This document shows, piece by piece, positions 9,156 to 18,791 of a DNA stretch of 60,035 bases. Under the pieces are notes generated by a model. It had not been told where the DNA came from. It saw only the letters and a list, made by a program, of their open reading frames with translations, and made no database searches. Each line of letters begins with the position of its first letter. The stretch's first letter is position 1. Both the position numbers and the translations under genes were made by a program. Source of the stretch: Actinomycetota bacterium (GTDB lineage: Bacteria; Actinomycetota; Actinomycetes; Actinomycetales; Microbacteriaceae); the NCBI GenBank assembly GCA_041179545.1, contig JBEGTF010000004.1, positions 1 through 60,035 of the forward strand, in the 5' to 3' direction.

Positions 9156-10064
9156 GTGAGCACTAGTTTTAGGAAAGCGATTTTAGGTTTCGAGGCCTAT
9201 CTCGATGCTGGTCGCGGCTACTCCGAAAATACGGTCAAGGCATATCTCATTGACGTGCAAGATCTTGCCGATTTTCTAGAGAAAAAGAACATCGAAAATG
9301 TTGAAAACTTGAATCTTGAACACCTGCGCGATTGGTTGTGGCAGGCAACCCAACAGGGGCTAACAAAAGCCACAATCGCTCGAAAGAGCGCCGCCATAAG
9401 ATCCTTCACCGCTTGGGCCCTAAAAAATGGACTTTCTGGATCTGATCCGGGGCTCAGGCTCAGGTCTCCAAAAGCAAGCCGAACACTGCCCAAGGTAGTT
9501 TCTCGCGAGAGTTTGTCGATGGTTTTTAAATCTTTGACTGAACGTGCAACCGAGGATAATCCTCAAGGAATCCGTGACCTTGTAGCTGTTGAACTTCTTT
9601 ATGCCAGTGGCGCCCGTGTCAGCGAACTTGTTGGGCTTGATCTAGAAAGTATCGACTACAGCAGAAACATCATGCGAGTTATGGGTAAAGGCGCAAAGCA
9701 GCGCATGGTCCCTTTTGGCCAGCCGGCCCGGGATGCACTAGATCTGTGGATTCGAATCGCACGACCAATGTTGGCAAACGAAAAAAGCGGGCAGGCGTTG
9801 CTTCTGAATTCGCGTGGACAGCGCATCGGTGTTCGCCAGGTCTACAGCTTGGTTGCGAATCTTTTAGAGGTAACTCCAACCGGCGCGGCTGGCCCGCACT
9901 CGCTTAGGCATAGTGCCGCAACACATCTTTTGGACGGCGGGGCAGACTTACGCGCCGTACAAGAACTTCTTGGGCACGCAAGTTTGGGCACCACGCAGAT
10001 TTACACTCACGTTTCTATAGAACGCCTTCGGGACGGTTATAAAAACGCTCATCCGCGAGCCTAG
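9156..10064 (+). CDS. xerC: Tyrosine recombinase XerC
   Basis: LLYASGARVSEL, GKGAKQRMVP, HSLRHSAATH and LGHASLGTTQIYTH; usual position after dprA. Confidence 0.93.
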   Translation: MSTSFRKAILGFEAYLDAGRGYSENTVKAYLIDVQDLADFLEKKNIENVENLNLEHLRDWLWQATQQGLTKATIARKSAAIRSFTAWALKNGLSGSDPGLRLRSPKASRTLPKVVSRESLSMVFKSLTERATEDNPQGIRDLVAVELLYASGARVSELVGLDLESIDYSRNIMRVMGKGAKQRMVPFGQPARDALDLWIRIARPMLANEKSGQALLLNSRGQRIGVRQVYSLVANLLEVTPTGAAGPHSLRHSAATHLLDGGADLRAVQELLGHASLGTTQIYTHVSIERLRDGYKNAHPRA

Positions 10065-10599
10065 GTAGTAATCGGCTGGGATTTAATCCACCTATAAACA
10101 GCAGCGGAGAGAGGTATTCGCTTCCTCCCTTTGTTCTGACGGGGCTGCGCAGGGAAAAGTGCAAGCAGGCCGCTTTGGGGCAGTGTCCCTGATAAGTCGG
10201 CAGGGCCGGGCACACCACGGCAATTTCTTGCCCTGCGAATACAGGCTCCCCGATAGATAGATCTGTGCATGCAGGTTCAAATTCGGTGAGGTATCCGCCT
10301 TCATGCTTCAGCGACAGCACCGGACGCTGGGCCACCGTGCCTGCAAACCACACTTTTCCATCGGCTGGGGCAAGTATCGGTTGGTCAACGGTCACGAGGT
10401 AATCCACGCCCCGGTGACCAGCGGAGTAGTCGCTATTTGGCTGACGGTACTGGTTCACCAGGCGAACAGGGGGCTCCAATGGTGGATTCCAGTTGCCAAG
10501 AGGAAGCGATGAATTAGCCGCTGCCGCAGCCTGCAGGCAAATTAACAGGCTCAAAGAAATCAGGCTCGCCAAGGTCAAGTTCTTTAGTTGTTTATGCAT
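10015..10599 (-). CDS. Secreted M23 family peptidase domain protein
   Basis: N-terminal signal peptide, GHRGVD, APADGKV and CLHFSLR; usual position divergent from rpsB. Confidence 0.88.
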   Translation of the reverse strand: MHKQLKNLTLASLISLSLLICLQAAAAANSSLPLGNWNPPLEPPVRLVNQYRQPNSDYSAGHRGVDYLVTVDQPILAPADGKVWFAGTVAQRPVLSLKHEGGYLTEFEPACTDLSIGEPVFAGQEIAVVCPALPTYQGHCPKAACLHFSLRSPVRTKGGSEYLSPLLFIGGLNPSRLLPRLADERFYNRPEGVL

Positions 10600-10648
10600 G
10601 TTCAATGGTTGTACCTAAGGCCTGCCGCCCAGTTAAACCTTGGGAAAA

Positions 10649-10658
10649 CGGTGGATAA
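10649..10658 (-). promoter_or_regulatory. DnaA-box-like motif TTATCCACCG upstream of the M23 peptidase
   Basis: On the minus strand, starts 59 nt before the ATG at 10599. Confidence 0.55.
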
Positions 10659-10675
10659 CCCTGGATTTCCGCTGC

Positions 10676-10880
10676 TAGACTGTCACTTAGCGGCAAGCTC
10701 GCGAAATCCCCAATTTGAGGCCTTCAAAAGCATGTCGACTTCGCGTGTCGAATCAGATTTACCTTTCACTCAGTCCAAAGAAATTTGGCGAAAGGGATCC
10801 GGCACCAGGTGTGTCAATCAACCGATTGAAACAGTAAAACTGAGTGGCGCCTTGGCGCGCCAAAAAAGGAGACACTGCTC
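10676..10880 (+). promoter_or_regulatory. rpsB promoter (-10 TAGACT) and long structured 5' UTR (probable S2 autoregulatory leader)
   Basis: TAGACT at 10676-10681; leader of about 190 nt with stems CGCGAAA/TTTCGCG, TTTGAGG/CCTTCAAA and TCAATC/GATTGA; SD AAGGAG. Confidence 0.55.
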
Positions 10881-11671
10881 ATGGCAGTAGTAACAATCCG
10901 CCAGCTGCTAGACAGCGGCGTGCACTTCGGGCACCAGACCCGTCGTTGGAACCCATCTACATCATTGACCTACAGCAGTCACTTGCTTTGATCGACAAAG
11001 CTTACGACTTCGTTAAGGAAACCGTTGCTCACGGTGGCAGCATTCTTTTTGTTGGTACCAAGAAGCAGGCTCAGGAGTCAATCGCGACCGAAGCGCTACG
11101 AGTTGGTCAGCCTTACATTAACCAGCGCTGGTTGGGTGGTCTCTTGACCAACTTCCAGACCATTCAAAAGCGTCTTTCACGCCTGAAGGAACTTGAAGTA
11201 ATGGACTTCACCGGAAAGACCAAGACTGGTCTAACTAAGAAGGAACTTCTTATTCTTCGTCGCGAAAAGGACAAGCTAGAGAAGGCTCTAGGCGGTATCC
11301 GCAATATCACCAAGACTCCATCTGCGATTTGGGTTGTTGACACCAACAAGGAGCACCTAGCAATCACCGAAGCTAAGAAGCTTGGTATCCCGGTTATCGG
11401 AATCTTGGACACAAACTGTGACCCTGATGAAGTAACTATCGGTATTCCTGGAAATGATGACGCAATTCGCTCAGTTCAGTTGCTAACTCGCGTAATTGCT
11501 GACGCAGTTGCAGAAGGTCTAATTGCTCGTCACTCGAAGCCAGAGGCAGCAGCAGAGCCTCTTGCTGAATGGGAGCGCGAGCTTCTAGAGCAGGGCAATG
11601 CCGCTGCAGAAGCAAGTGCCGCAGCTGAAACAACCCCAGCAGCAGAAGCTGCAGTAGAGGAAGCAAAGTAA
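10881..11671 (+). CDS. rpsB: 30S ribosomal protein S2, frameshifted by an internal deletion at about 10954
   Basis: ATG 10881 gives [25 protein letters not shown], then the frame shifts to IYIIDLQQ...RWLGGLLTN...PGNDDAIRS. The intervening conserved ~12 codons are absent. Confidence 0.95.
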
Positions 11672-11673
11672 AC

Positions 11674-12501
11674 ATGGCAAACTACACAGCCCAAGATGTA
11701 AAGGCTCTGCGCGAGCGCAGTGGCGCCGGAATGATGGACTGCAAGTCAGCTCTTGATGAGGCAGACGGCAACCTAGACAAGGCGATGGAAGTTCTTCGCC
11801 TTAAGGGACTAAAGGGTGTTACCAAGCGTGAGGGTCGTACAACCAGCAATGGTTTGATCGTTGCTCGCGTAAACGGTGGCACCGGTTACCTAGTTGAACT
11901 TGCTTGCGAGACTGACTTCGTTGCGAAAGCCGCAAAGTTCATTGAGCTTGCTGACAAGGTTGCTGACGCAATTGCTGCGGCCGGCGCGACTGACCTAGAT
12001 TCAGCTTTAGCAGCCGACCTCGGTGGCAAGAGTGTTCAAGACGCAATCAACGACGAAGCCGCAATCATGGGCGAGAAGGTTGAGCTTCGCAAGGTTGGAT
12101 CTCTAAAGGATGCAGCGGTTGACGCTTACATGCACCGCACTAGCAAGGACCTACCGCCACAGGTTGGTGTTTTGGTCGCTTACTCAGGTTCGGATTCTGA
12201 CACTGCTCACGATGTTGCCGTTCACATCGCAGCATTCTCTCCAAGCGTTCTAAAGCGTGAAGATGTAGATGCAGATGTAGTTGCAACTGAGCGCCGTATT
12301 GCAGAAGAGACAGCACGCAACGAAGGTAAGCCTGAGGCTGCACTTTCAAAGATCGTTGAAGGTCGCGTAACCGGATTCTTCAAAGAAAACGTGCTTCTTG
12401 AGCAGGACTTCGCAAAGGACACCAAGCAGACTGTTTCTAAGGTGCTTGAGAATGCAGGCGTTACTGTTTCAGGTTTCCTACGCTTCCGCGTAGGCGCCTA
12501 A
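11674..12501 (+). CDS. tsf: Elongation factor Ts
   Basis: VKALRERSGAGMMDCK and ELACETDFVAK motifs. Confidence 0.99.
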   Translation: MANYTAQDVKALRERSGAGMMDCKSALDEADGNLDKAMEVLRLKGLKGVTKREGRTTSNGLIVARVNGGTGYLVELACETDFVAKAAKFIELADKVADAIAAAGATDLDSALAADLGGKSVQDAINDEAAIMGEKVELRKVGSLKDAAVDAYMHRTSKDLPPQVGVLVAYSGSDSDTAHDVAVHIAAFSPSVLKREDVDADVVATERRIAEETARNEGKPEAALSKIVEGRVTGFFKENVLLEQDFAKDTKQTVSKVLENAGVTVSGFLRFRVGA

Positions 12502-12512
12502 ACCCAAATTTG

Positions 12513-12546
12513 AAAAGGCTCGGCCGTTTTCGGCCGGGCCTTTTTT
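12513..12546 (+). terminator. Intrinsic terminator after tsf
   Basis: AAAAGGCTCGGCCG-TTTT-CGGCCGGGCC followed by TTTTTT. Confidence 0.88.
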
Positions 12547-12599
12547 ACTGCCACGCCTAGGATAGAAGCAGTATCCAGGGACTATTCAGGAGGATTCCA

Positions 12600-13310
12600 G
12601 TGCCACAGAAAAAGCGCCGTGTATTGCTAAAGCTTTCGGGTGAGGCTTTTGGTGGTGGCACACTCGGTGTCAACCCTGACATCGTTGCTGAAATGGCAAA
12701 GGAAATTGCAGAAGGGGCAAAGCACGCGGAGGTAGCCATCGTAGTTGGTGGCGGAAACTTCTTTAGAGGTGCTGAACTTTCGCAACGCGGTATGGAGAGA
12801 TCACGTGCCGACTACATGGGTATGTTGGGAACCGTTATGAACGCCCTTGCTCTCCAGGACTTTCTTGAGCAGGCCGGCGTAGATGTGCGAGTCCAGTCAG
12901 CTATCACAATGTCTCAGGTGACAGAGACTTATATTCCACTTCGAGCGATACGCCACCTTGAAAAAGGCCGAGTTGTAATTTTTGGTGCAGGTGCCGGTCT
13001 GCCTTATTTCTCCACCGATACCGTTTCTGCACAGCGCGCTTTGGAAATTAAGGCTGACGAAGTACTTGTTGCCAAGAATGGCGTCGACGGCGTGTATACA
13101 GCGGACCCAAAGAAAGATCCAAAGGCAACCAAGTTGGAAACCATTACGTACCAAGACGCACTGATTCAAGGACTAAAAGTTGTTGACTCGACCGCCTTCA
13201 GCCTCTGCATGGATAACAAGATGCCGATGCGTGTGTTTGGTATGCAGGGCAAGGGCAACATTACGGATGCCATCAAGGGTAAAAAAATCGGTACTTTCGT
13301 AACCGCTTAA
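12600..13310 (+). CDS. pyrH: UMP kinase
   Basis: [16 protein letters not shown] and PYFSTDT motifs. Confidence 0.99.
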   Translation: MPQKKRRVLLKLSGEAFGGGTLGVNPDIVAEMAKEIAEGAKHAEVAIVVGGGNFFRGAELSQRGMERSRADYMGMLGTVMNALALQDFLEQAGVDVRVQSAITMSQVTETYIPLRAIRHLEKGRVVIFGAGAGLPYFSTDTVSAQRALEIKADEVLVAKNGVDGVYTADPKKDPKATKLETITYQDALIQGLKVVDSTAFSLCMDNKMPMRVFGMQGKGNITDAIKGKKIGTFVTA

Positions 13311-13333
13311 AGTTTTAGTAAACAGGAGAACAA

Positions 13334-13894
13334 ATGATTTCAGGAATTATTGCGACCGCAGGCGAGAAGATGGCCAAAGCTGTTGAGTCTGCGAAGGAAG
13401 ATTTCGCTGGCGTTCGCACCGGTCGTGCGAATCCACAGATCTTTCAGAAGGTGATGGTTGACTACTACGGCACACCAACACCGCTTGGTCAATTAGGTCA
13501 GCTCGCAAACCCAGAGGCTAGAACAATCGTGATCACTCCTTATGACAAGGGTGCTCTAAAGGCAATTGAAGCCGCGCTTCGTGAGATGCCAAACCTGGAT
13601 GCAAACCCGCAGAATGATGGAAACCTGATCCGCGTTACTTTGCCGGACCTCACTGAAGAGCGCCGCAGAGAGTACGTAAAGCTTGTGAAAGCAAAAGCCG
13701 AAGATCACCGCATCGTGGTTCGCAATCTGCGTCGCAAAGGAAACGATGACCTCGCTGTCTTGAAGAAAGATGGCGATGCCGGAGATGACGATATCGCCCG
13801 TGCCGAAAAAGAACTAGATGCGCTTACTAAGACTCACGTAGATGCTATTGATGACGCACTAAAGCGTAAAGAAGCAGAACTTCTAGAGGTTTAA
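13334..13894 (+). CDS. frr: Ribosome recycling factor
   Basis: [16 protein letters not shown] and [11 protein letters not shown] motifs. Confidence 0.99.
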   Translation: MISGIIATAGEKMAKAVESAKEDFAGVRTGRANPQIFQKVMVDYYGTPTPLGQLGQLANPEARTIVITPYDKGALKAIEAALREMPNLDANPQNDGNLIRVTLPDLTEERRREYVKLVKAKAEDHRIVVRNLRRKGNDDLAVLKKDGDAGDDDIARAEKELDALTKTHVDAIDDALKRKEAELLEV

Positions 13895-14746
13895 TTGTCT
13901 ATTCCAGCAACCGGCGGCCGCAGCCTCTCGAAGTCTGTTGCCGTTGGACTTTTTCTAGGCGCTTTATTTCTTCTTTCAGTTTTGATTTACAAAGAATTAT
14001 TTGTCGTGCTTGCAGCTGCCGCAGCGGGCGCGGGCGCCTGGGAGCTTTCGTCGGCACTTCGACTTAAGGGCTGGTACGTACCACGAGTTCCAGCCGTGGT
14101 TGGCTCTGTTTTGATTATGCCTGCCGCCTTCTACGGCGGTGCTGAACTTCAATGGCTCGTATCTCTGGGCATAGTTGCCGCGCTAATTTTATGGCGCACG
14201 GTTCATCTGCTTTGGGAAGCTCGCGAAGCGCCCCGACAGGCAATAGCCCACAATCTTCGCGACTATGCTGCCTCGGCATTTGTAGTGATTTACCTGCCGC
14301 TGATGACCAGTTTCACAATGTTGCTTTTGCGCAGACCCGATGGCGCTGCGTGGGTCATTACATTCGTGGTGACCGTGGCCATGATTGATACCTCCGGGTA
14401 CCTTGTTGGGCGAAAACTTGGGAAGCATAAATTAGCCCCGGGGGTAAGCCCAAAGAAAACTTGGGAGGGATTGGTTGCGTCAATTTCTGCTGGTGTAGTT
14501 ACCGCCGTACTTCTGACGCAAATTTTTTGGGGCTTTGATTGGTGGATCGGTCTAATTTTGGCCGCTGTCCTATTGCTTGCCGCCGTTTTTGGTGATCTAG
14601 CGGAATCACTTATTAAGCGTGACTTGGGAGTTAAGGATATGAGCAGTTTGCTGCCGGGGCACGGCGGCATTATGGACAGATTGGATTCAATTTTGCCATC
14701 CGCTCTGATCACGTACCTTTTCGCGCAGTTCTTTCTTCCGCTTTAG
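13895..14746 (+). CDS. cdsA: Phosphatidate cytidylyltransferase
   Basis: SPKKTWEG and GDLAESLIKRDLGVKDMSSLLPGHGGIMDRLDS; multiple TM helices. Confidence 0.97.
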   Translation: MSIPATGGRSLSKSVAVGLFLGALFLLSVLIYKELFVVLAAAAAGAGAWELSSALRLKGWYVPRVPAVVGSVLIMPAAFYGGAELQWLVSLGIVAALILWRTVHLLWEAREAPRQAIAHNLRDYAASAFVVIYLPLMTSFTMLLLRRPDGAAWVITFVVTVAMIDTSGYLVGRKLGKHKLAPGVSPKKTWEGLVASISAGVVTAVLLTQIFWGFDWWIGLILAAVLLLAAVFGDLAESLIKRDLGVKDMSSLLPGHGGIMDRLDSILPSALITYLFAQFFLPL

Positions 14747-14755
14747 ACTTACAAC

Positions 14756-15307
14756 GTGAACTATTCCTTCTCCTTCGCCGCGGCTGACAAGCCAGGATAT
14801 GAAACGTCGCAGGTAGACGCATTCATAGCTAAAGCAAGAACCCAATACTCAGACGCGACTCTGGAGTTGGTGACTTCCAATCAGCTTAGAAACACTGAAT
14901 TTGATTTGGTTCACGGCGGATACGACATCATCGCGGTTGATACCGCCATGGACAGGCTTGAAGATGCTTTCGCAGCTCGTGAGATTTCCAGACAGAAGCA
15001 ATCCAGGGGAGAGCACGCTGTTGAGGATCGATTATCCCGAATTGTTGAAATTGTATCTGGCAGGCTAGTGCGCCCAAAGAGGAAGAAATTTTCTAATGTG
15101 GGTTATCTATTGCGTGGTTATGACCGCAAGCAGGTGGACCAACTTTGCAACCAGGTTTCGGTTCACCTAGCATCCGGCACACCTTTACAGCTAAATGTTG
15201 TTCGCAGGGCTATCTTCAAAGCAAAACGAGGTGGCTACGTGGAAAGTCAGGTTGATGCCTTCATCGACCGTGTAGTTGAAATTCTGCAGATTGAGAAAAA
15301 CCGTTAG
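14756..15307 (+). CDS. DivIVA-repeat domain protein
   Basis: Four GY-x3-(Q/A)VD repeats: GYETSQVD, GYDIIAVD, GYDRKQVD and GYVESQVD. Confidence 0.88.
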   Translation: MNYSFSFAAADKPGYETSQVDAFIAKARTQYSDATLELVTSNQLRNTEFDLVHGGYDIIAVDTAMDRLEDAFAAREISRQKQSRGEHAVEDRLSRIVEIVSGRLVRPKRKKFSNVGYLLRGYDRKQVDQLCNQVSVHLASGTPLQLNVVRRAIFKAKRGGYVESQVDAFIDRVVEILQIEKNR

Positions 15308-15953
15308 CCATCACAAATCCGCACTTACTTTAGCTTTTGTGGGTGCTTCCATGATTCTGAGCGGGGTAGTTCCTGCGAGTGCAGCCTCTGGCCAAAATGC
15401 CTTAGCAGCCGTTGAACAATTGCAAGTAAAGGGAAAGGCTCCAAAAACCGGATATGAGAGAAGCCTTTTCAGTGATGGTTGGGGAGAATATGGTTCCTGT
15501 GATGTTCGAAACTATATTCTGAAGCGCGACATGAAATCCGTGAAGCTAAGAGATTCGTGCAAAGTGGACACCGGAGTCTTGCTTGATCCGTATACCGGTA
15601 AAACTATCCGCTTCAAATACGGTGTTGGAACCTCAAGTGCTGTGCAAATAGACCACGTCGTTGCACTAAGCGATGCCTGGCAAAAAGGTGCTCAAAAAAT
15701 TGGTTCCGCTAAAAGGTATGCGTTTTATAACGACCCATTGAACCTTTTGGCCGTAGACGGCCCAACAAATGCAAGTAAAGGAGACAGCGACGCATCGGCT
15801 TGGTTGCCTCCAAATAAGGCTTATCGGTGTGCCTACGTTGCCCGCCAGGTGGCTGTGAAGCTTAAGTACAAACTTTGGGTTACCGAAGCAGAAAAATCAG
15901 CAATAAAGCGAGTATTAACCGCTTGCCCAACCGAAAAGCTGCCTTCTCGCTAG
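15276..15953 (+). CDS. Secreted HNH/His-Me finger nuclease (DUF1524-type)
   Basis: Signal peptide; DPYTG, QIDHVVALSDAW, NDPLNLLAVDGPTNASKGD and WLPPN motifs. Start uncertain. Confidence 0.88.
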   Translation: MKFCRLRKTVSHHKSALTLAFVGASMILSGVVPASAASGQNALAAVEQLQVKGKAPKTGYERSLFSDGWGEYGSCDVRNYILKRDMKSVKLRDSCKVDTGVLLDPYTGKTIRFKYGVGTSSAVQIDHVVALSDAWQKGAQKIGSAKRYAFYNDPLNLLAVDGPTNASKGDSDASAWLPPNKAYRCAYVARQVAVKLKYKLWVTEAEKSAIKRVLTACPTEKLPSR

Positions 15954-16028
15954 CTATGGCGCATAAAACTACCCCAAGGTAAACTGGAGTTTTGCGGGTG
16001 AATTAGTGCCCGATACGAAGGGCAGTAA

Positions 16029-16694
16029 ATGGGCAGGTACGAGGCTGAAAGAACCACTCTTTCGCACCGTCTAGCCGGTGGTATCGATCAGGCGCTGGCC
16101 AAAACCCCATTCAGCAGGCCGGCCCTTCCAAAACTCAAGCGTCACGCAACTAGGCCGGTTTGGGGCTTCCTTTTTTCTGTCGGCTTCTTGCTGGTTAGCA
16201 TCGTTGATCCATATTCTGGAACCATGGCCAGCGCTAGCACGATGCAGGTTTACGATTACGAGTCAGGTTCCCCTGAGCAAACCTACGGGTATGCCAGCAC
16301 ACAGAAGATTTCTTATTCTCGAGGGGGATTTAACATCGTCACAGGCGACGATGCTGCGGCAATGTTCGTTGAAGCTGCGGGTGCTCCTGAGTCCGGAACT
16401 GCCAAGGCCTACGCTTTGGATCTTTTGACTTCCATGAAATATGGAGATGATCAGTACTCATGCCTGGTCAAACTCTGGGAGCGCGAATCGAATTGGCGTC
16501 ACACCGCTCGAAACAAATCATCGGGCGCGTACGGAATCCCTCAATCTCTGCCGGCTACAAAGATGGCAACCGAGGGGCCCGATTATTTAACCAATCCTGA
16601 AACTCAGATTCGCTGGGGGGTTAAGTACATTAAGGGGCGCTACGGCTCGCCTTGCGGCGCATTGGCACACTCAGACAAACTTGGCTGGTACTAG
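16029..16694 (+). CDS. Lytic transglycosylase (SLT-like) domain protein
   Basis: TM helix, then CLVKLWERESNW, SGAYGIPQSLP, NPETQIRWG and YIKGRYGSPC...GWY. Confidence 0.92.
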   Translation: MGRYEAERTTLSHRLAGGIDQALAKTPFSRPALPKLKRHATRPVWGFLFSVGFLLVSIVDPYSGTMASASTMQVYDYESGSPEQTYGYASTQKISYSRGGFNIVTGDDAAAMFVEAAGAPESGTAKAYALDLLTSMKYGDDQYSCLVKLWERESNWRHTARNKSSGAYGIPQSLPATKMATEGPDYLTNPETQIRWGVKYIKGRYGSPCGALAHSDKLGWY

Positions 16695-16993
16695 TGCCAC
16701 GCAATAACCGCCCAAAGAGATCTAGAAGCAAAGATGCGCCAGAGGAATTAGATTTTTCCCTCCTACGTATGGGGATTCGAAGAACTGAAATCAAGCGCGG
16801 GGTTGAATACACAACTCAAACCAGCATCGGTGCTAACGCCGATGACGATAAATCATGGGTTTGCCCTCATTGTCATCTACAAATTTCCAAGGGTCTGAGC
16901 CACGTCGTGGCGTGGGATACAGTGCGTGGAGTCGAAACCCGCAGACACTTTCATAACGCTTGTTGGAGATCATTTCAGGGGCAGTTGCTGTGA
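16694..16993 (+). CDS. Conserved actinobacterial hypothetical protein with CxxC...H motif
   Basis: GTG overlaps the upstream stop; MPRNNR, WVCPHC, HVVAW and RRHFHNACW. Confidence 0.8.
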   Translation: MPRNNRPKRSRSKDAPEELDFSLLRMGIRRTEIKRGVEYTTQTSIGANADDDKSWVCPHCHLQISKGLSHVVAWDTVRGVETRRHFHNACWRSFQGQLL

Positions 16994-17718
16994 GTGAAGT
17001 AATTCAAATTCGTTCGAGTGTGGAACTTCCAGTTCACAGGGAACCAATTGTGCTCACTACAGAAGATGGACTTGAACTAATCGGGGAGCTAGCAACACCA
17101 GTTGGCAAAGCCCCAGTTGCGACTCTAATTACGTTGCATCCTTTGCCAACTCATGGCGGATTTATGGATTCGCACATCCTAAGAAAGGCTTCCAACCGCC
17201 TTCCAGAACTTGCTGACATCGCTGTGCTTAGGTTCAATACTCGAGGCACAGAATCCCCGCACGGCAAAAGTCAGGGTTCGTTTGGGGACGGTGTCACCGA
17301 ACAGCACGATGTGGAGGCTGCAATTGCCTTCGCGCAAGCTCGAAACCTGCCCAATCTTTGGTTAGTTGGCTGGTCATTTGGAACTGAGCTTGCACTCAAG
17401 CACGGTCACGACAAGGAAATTATTGGAGCGATCCTGCTTTCGCCCCCGCTTCATCGAGCAACCGAATCAGACTTGGACATGTGGATGGGCAATGCCCGAA
17501 AATTAATTGCTCTGATTCCCGAGTTAGATGACTACCTGCAGCCTGAAGAAGCGCAGCAAAGATTTGCGAAAATTTCGCACATGGAAGTTATCGGTGTTGA
17601 AGGCGCAAAGCACCTATGGGTGGGCGAGAACGCAACTAAGCGTGTGCTGGATGAAATAGTGAGGCAAGTGAACCCTGAGTGCTATCCGTTGCCAGATAGT
17701 TGGACGCCAAAAAACTAG
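16990..17718 (+). CDS. Alpha/beta fold hydrolase
   Basis: LHPLPTHGGFMDSH, LRFNTRG, nucleophile motif GWSFG and HLWVG. Confidence 0.92.
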   Translation: MSEVIQIRSSVELPVHREPIVLTTEDGLELIGELATPVGKAPVATLITLHPLPTHGGFMDSHILRKASNRLPELADIAVLRFNTRGTESPHGKSQGSFGDGVTEQHDVEAAIAFAQARNLPNLWLVGWSFGTELALKHGHDKEIIGAILLSPPLHRATESDLDMWMGNARKLIALIPELDDYLQPEEAQQRFAKISHMEVIGVEGAKHLWVGENATKRVLDEIVRQVNPECYPLPDSWTPKN

Positions 17719-18767
17719 CGCTGTTCTTGGTATGGAACCAGGACCTGTCGAATAATCAGGATTATCGATGCTGCGATTGGAATAGCGACCAAAGCGCCCA
17801 GCACACCAAGCAGTGCACCTCCGGCCAGTGCTGCCACAACAACAACTGCACCAGGAACCTCAACTGCGCGGCTCATGATCCTTGGGGTTATAACGTATGC
17901 CTCAATCTGCATGTAGATCACATAGACAACTGCAACAATTAGTGCGGTCGTAGGGGACACACTCAAGGCTACGAGCGAGGCAATTATTGCCGAAGTGACA
18001 GAGCCAACCAGAGGTATTAGAGCCAGCAAGAATGCGATAAAAGAAATTACCAATGCGTAAGGAACGCCGGTAACGGTTAGCAGAATGAAGACAAGTACAG
18101 ATTGAATAATCCCGATGGTCACCTGACTCATCACGTATCGCCCTACCGAACTCGCAATTTGTTCGGCAATATCAGAAAATTTATCGCGCTTTGAAGCGGC
18201 CACTAGTCCGTAAAGCCAGCGTTTGAAGCTTTCCATCGAGGCCATGAAGTAAAGGCTCAAAATGATTACGATTAGCGCCCCAAAGAAACCATTAAAGATT
18301 GAGAGTCCTACTTGGACCACGCCACCGAGCATTTTTGGCCAATTACTTGAATCGCCGAGGTAAGCGCCAGCATTGCTAAGCGCGTCAGCAATTGCTCCAC
18401 CTAGTTGTGAATCAAGGTTCACAATGAATGGAATCTGGTTCACACCAGACAGAAACGCGGGAGCAGTCTTGACGAAGTTTGCGGTTTGAGCAGCGAGAGT
18501 CGGAAATACTGCAGCTACCAAAAATCCGATGACCACCAGGAGCGAAACCATGACAATCAAAATGGAGTAACGGCGCTTGACGCCTAGGCTAGAAATTTTG
18601 GTTACCAGCGGTTCCAGGCCAAGGGAAATAAAAATAGAGGCAGCAACATAGGTGATGATGTTTGCCAGTGTCGTAATTGCGCCACCGATTACCAGAGCCG
18701 TTAGAACTCCGAGTCCGCCAAGCAGACCGATTTGGAATGAGTTCGTGATTTTGGTGTTCCCTTGCAT
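17715..18767 (-). CDS. AI-2E family transporter
   Basis: Multi-TM; IPLVGS, QIEAYVITPRIM and GALVAIPIAA motifs. Confidence 0.92.
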   Translation of the reverse strand: MQGNTKITNSFQIGLLGGLGVLTALVIGGAITTLANIITYVAASIFISLGLEPLVTKISSLGVKRRYSILIVMVSLLVVIGFLVAAVFPTLAAQTANFVKTAPAFLSGVNQIPFIVNLDSQLGGAIADALSNAGAYLGDSSNWPKMLGGVVQVGLSIFNGFFGALIVIILSLYFMASMESFKRWLYGLVAASKRDKFSDIAEQIASSVGRYVMSQVTIGIIQSVLVFILLTVTGVPYALVISFIAFLLALIPLVGSVTSAIIASLVALSVSPTTALIVAVVYVIYMQIEAYVITPRIMSRAVEVPGAVVVVAALAGGALLGVLGALVAIPIAASIILIIRQVLVPYQEQR

Positions 18768-18791
18768 AGCTACTAACCTATCGGCTTATCT

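Noticed and set aside
9156-10064. Tyrosine recombinase as a phage or island integrase
   Set aside because: Size, motifs and the dprA-xerC-rpsB context match chromosomal XerC; no att repeats or cargo genes nearby.
10844-10954. ORF-track N-terminus MAPWRAKK... for rpsB
   Set aside because: It results from the frameshift; the true start is ATG 10881 with an SD and the canonical S2 N-terminus.
10940-10970. Programmed ribosomal frameshift in rpsB
   Set aside because: No slippery sequence, and about 12 conserved codons are physically missing, which a frameshift could not restore.
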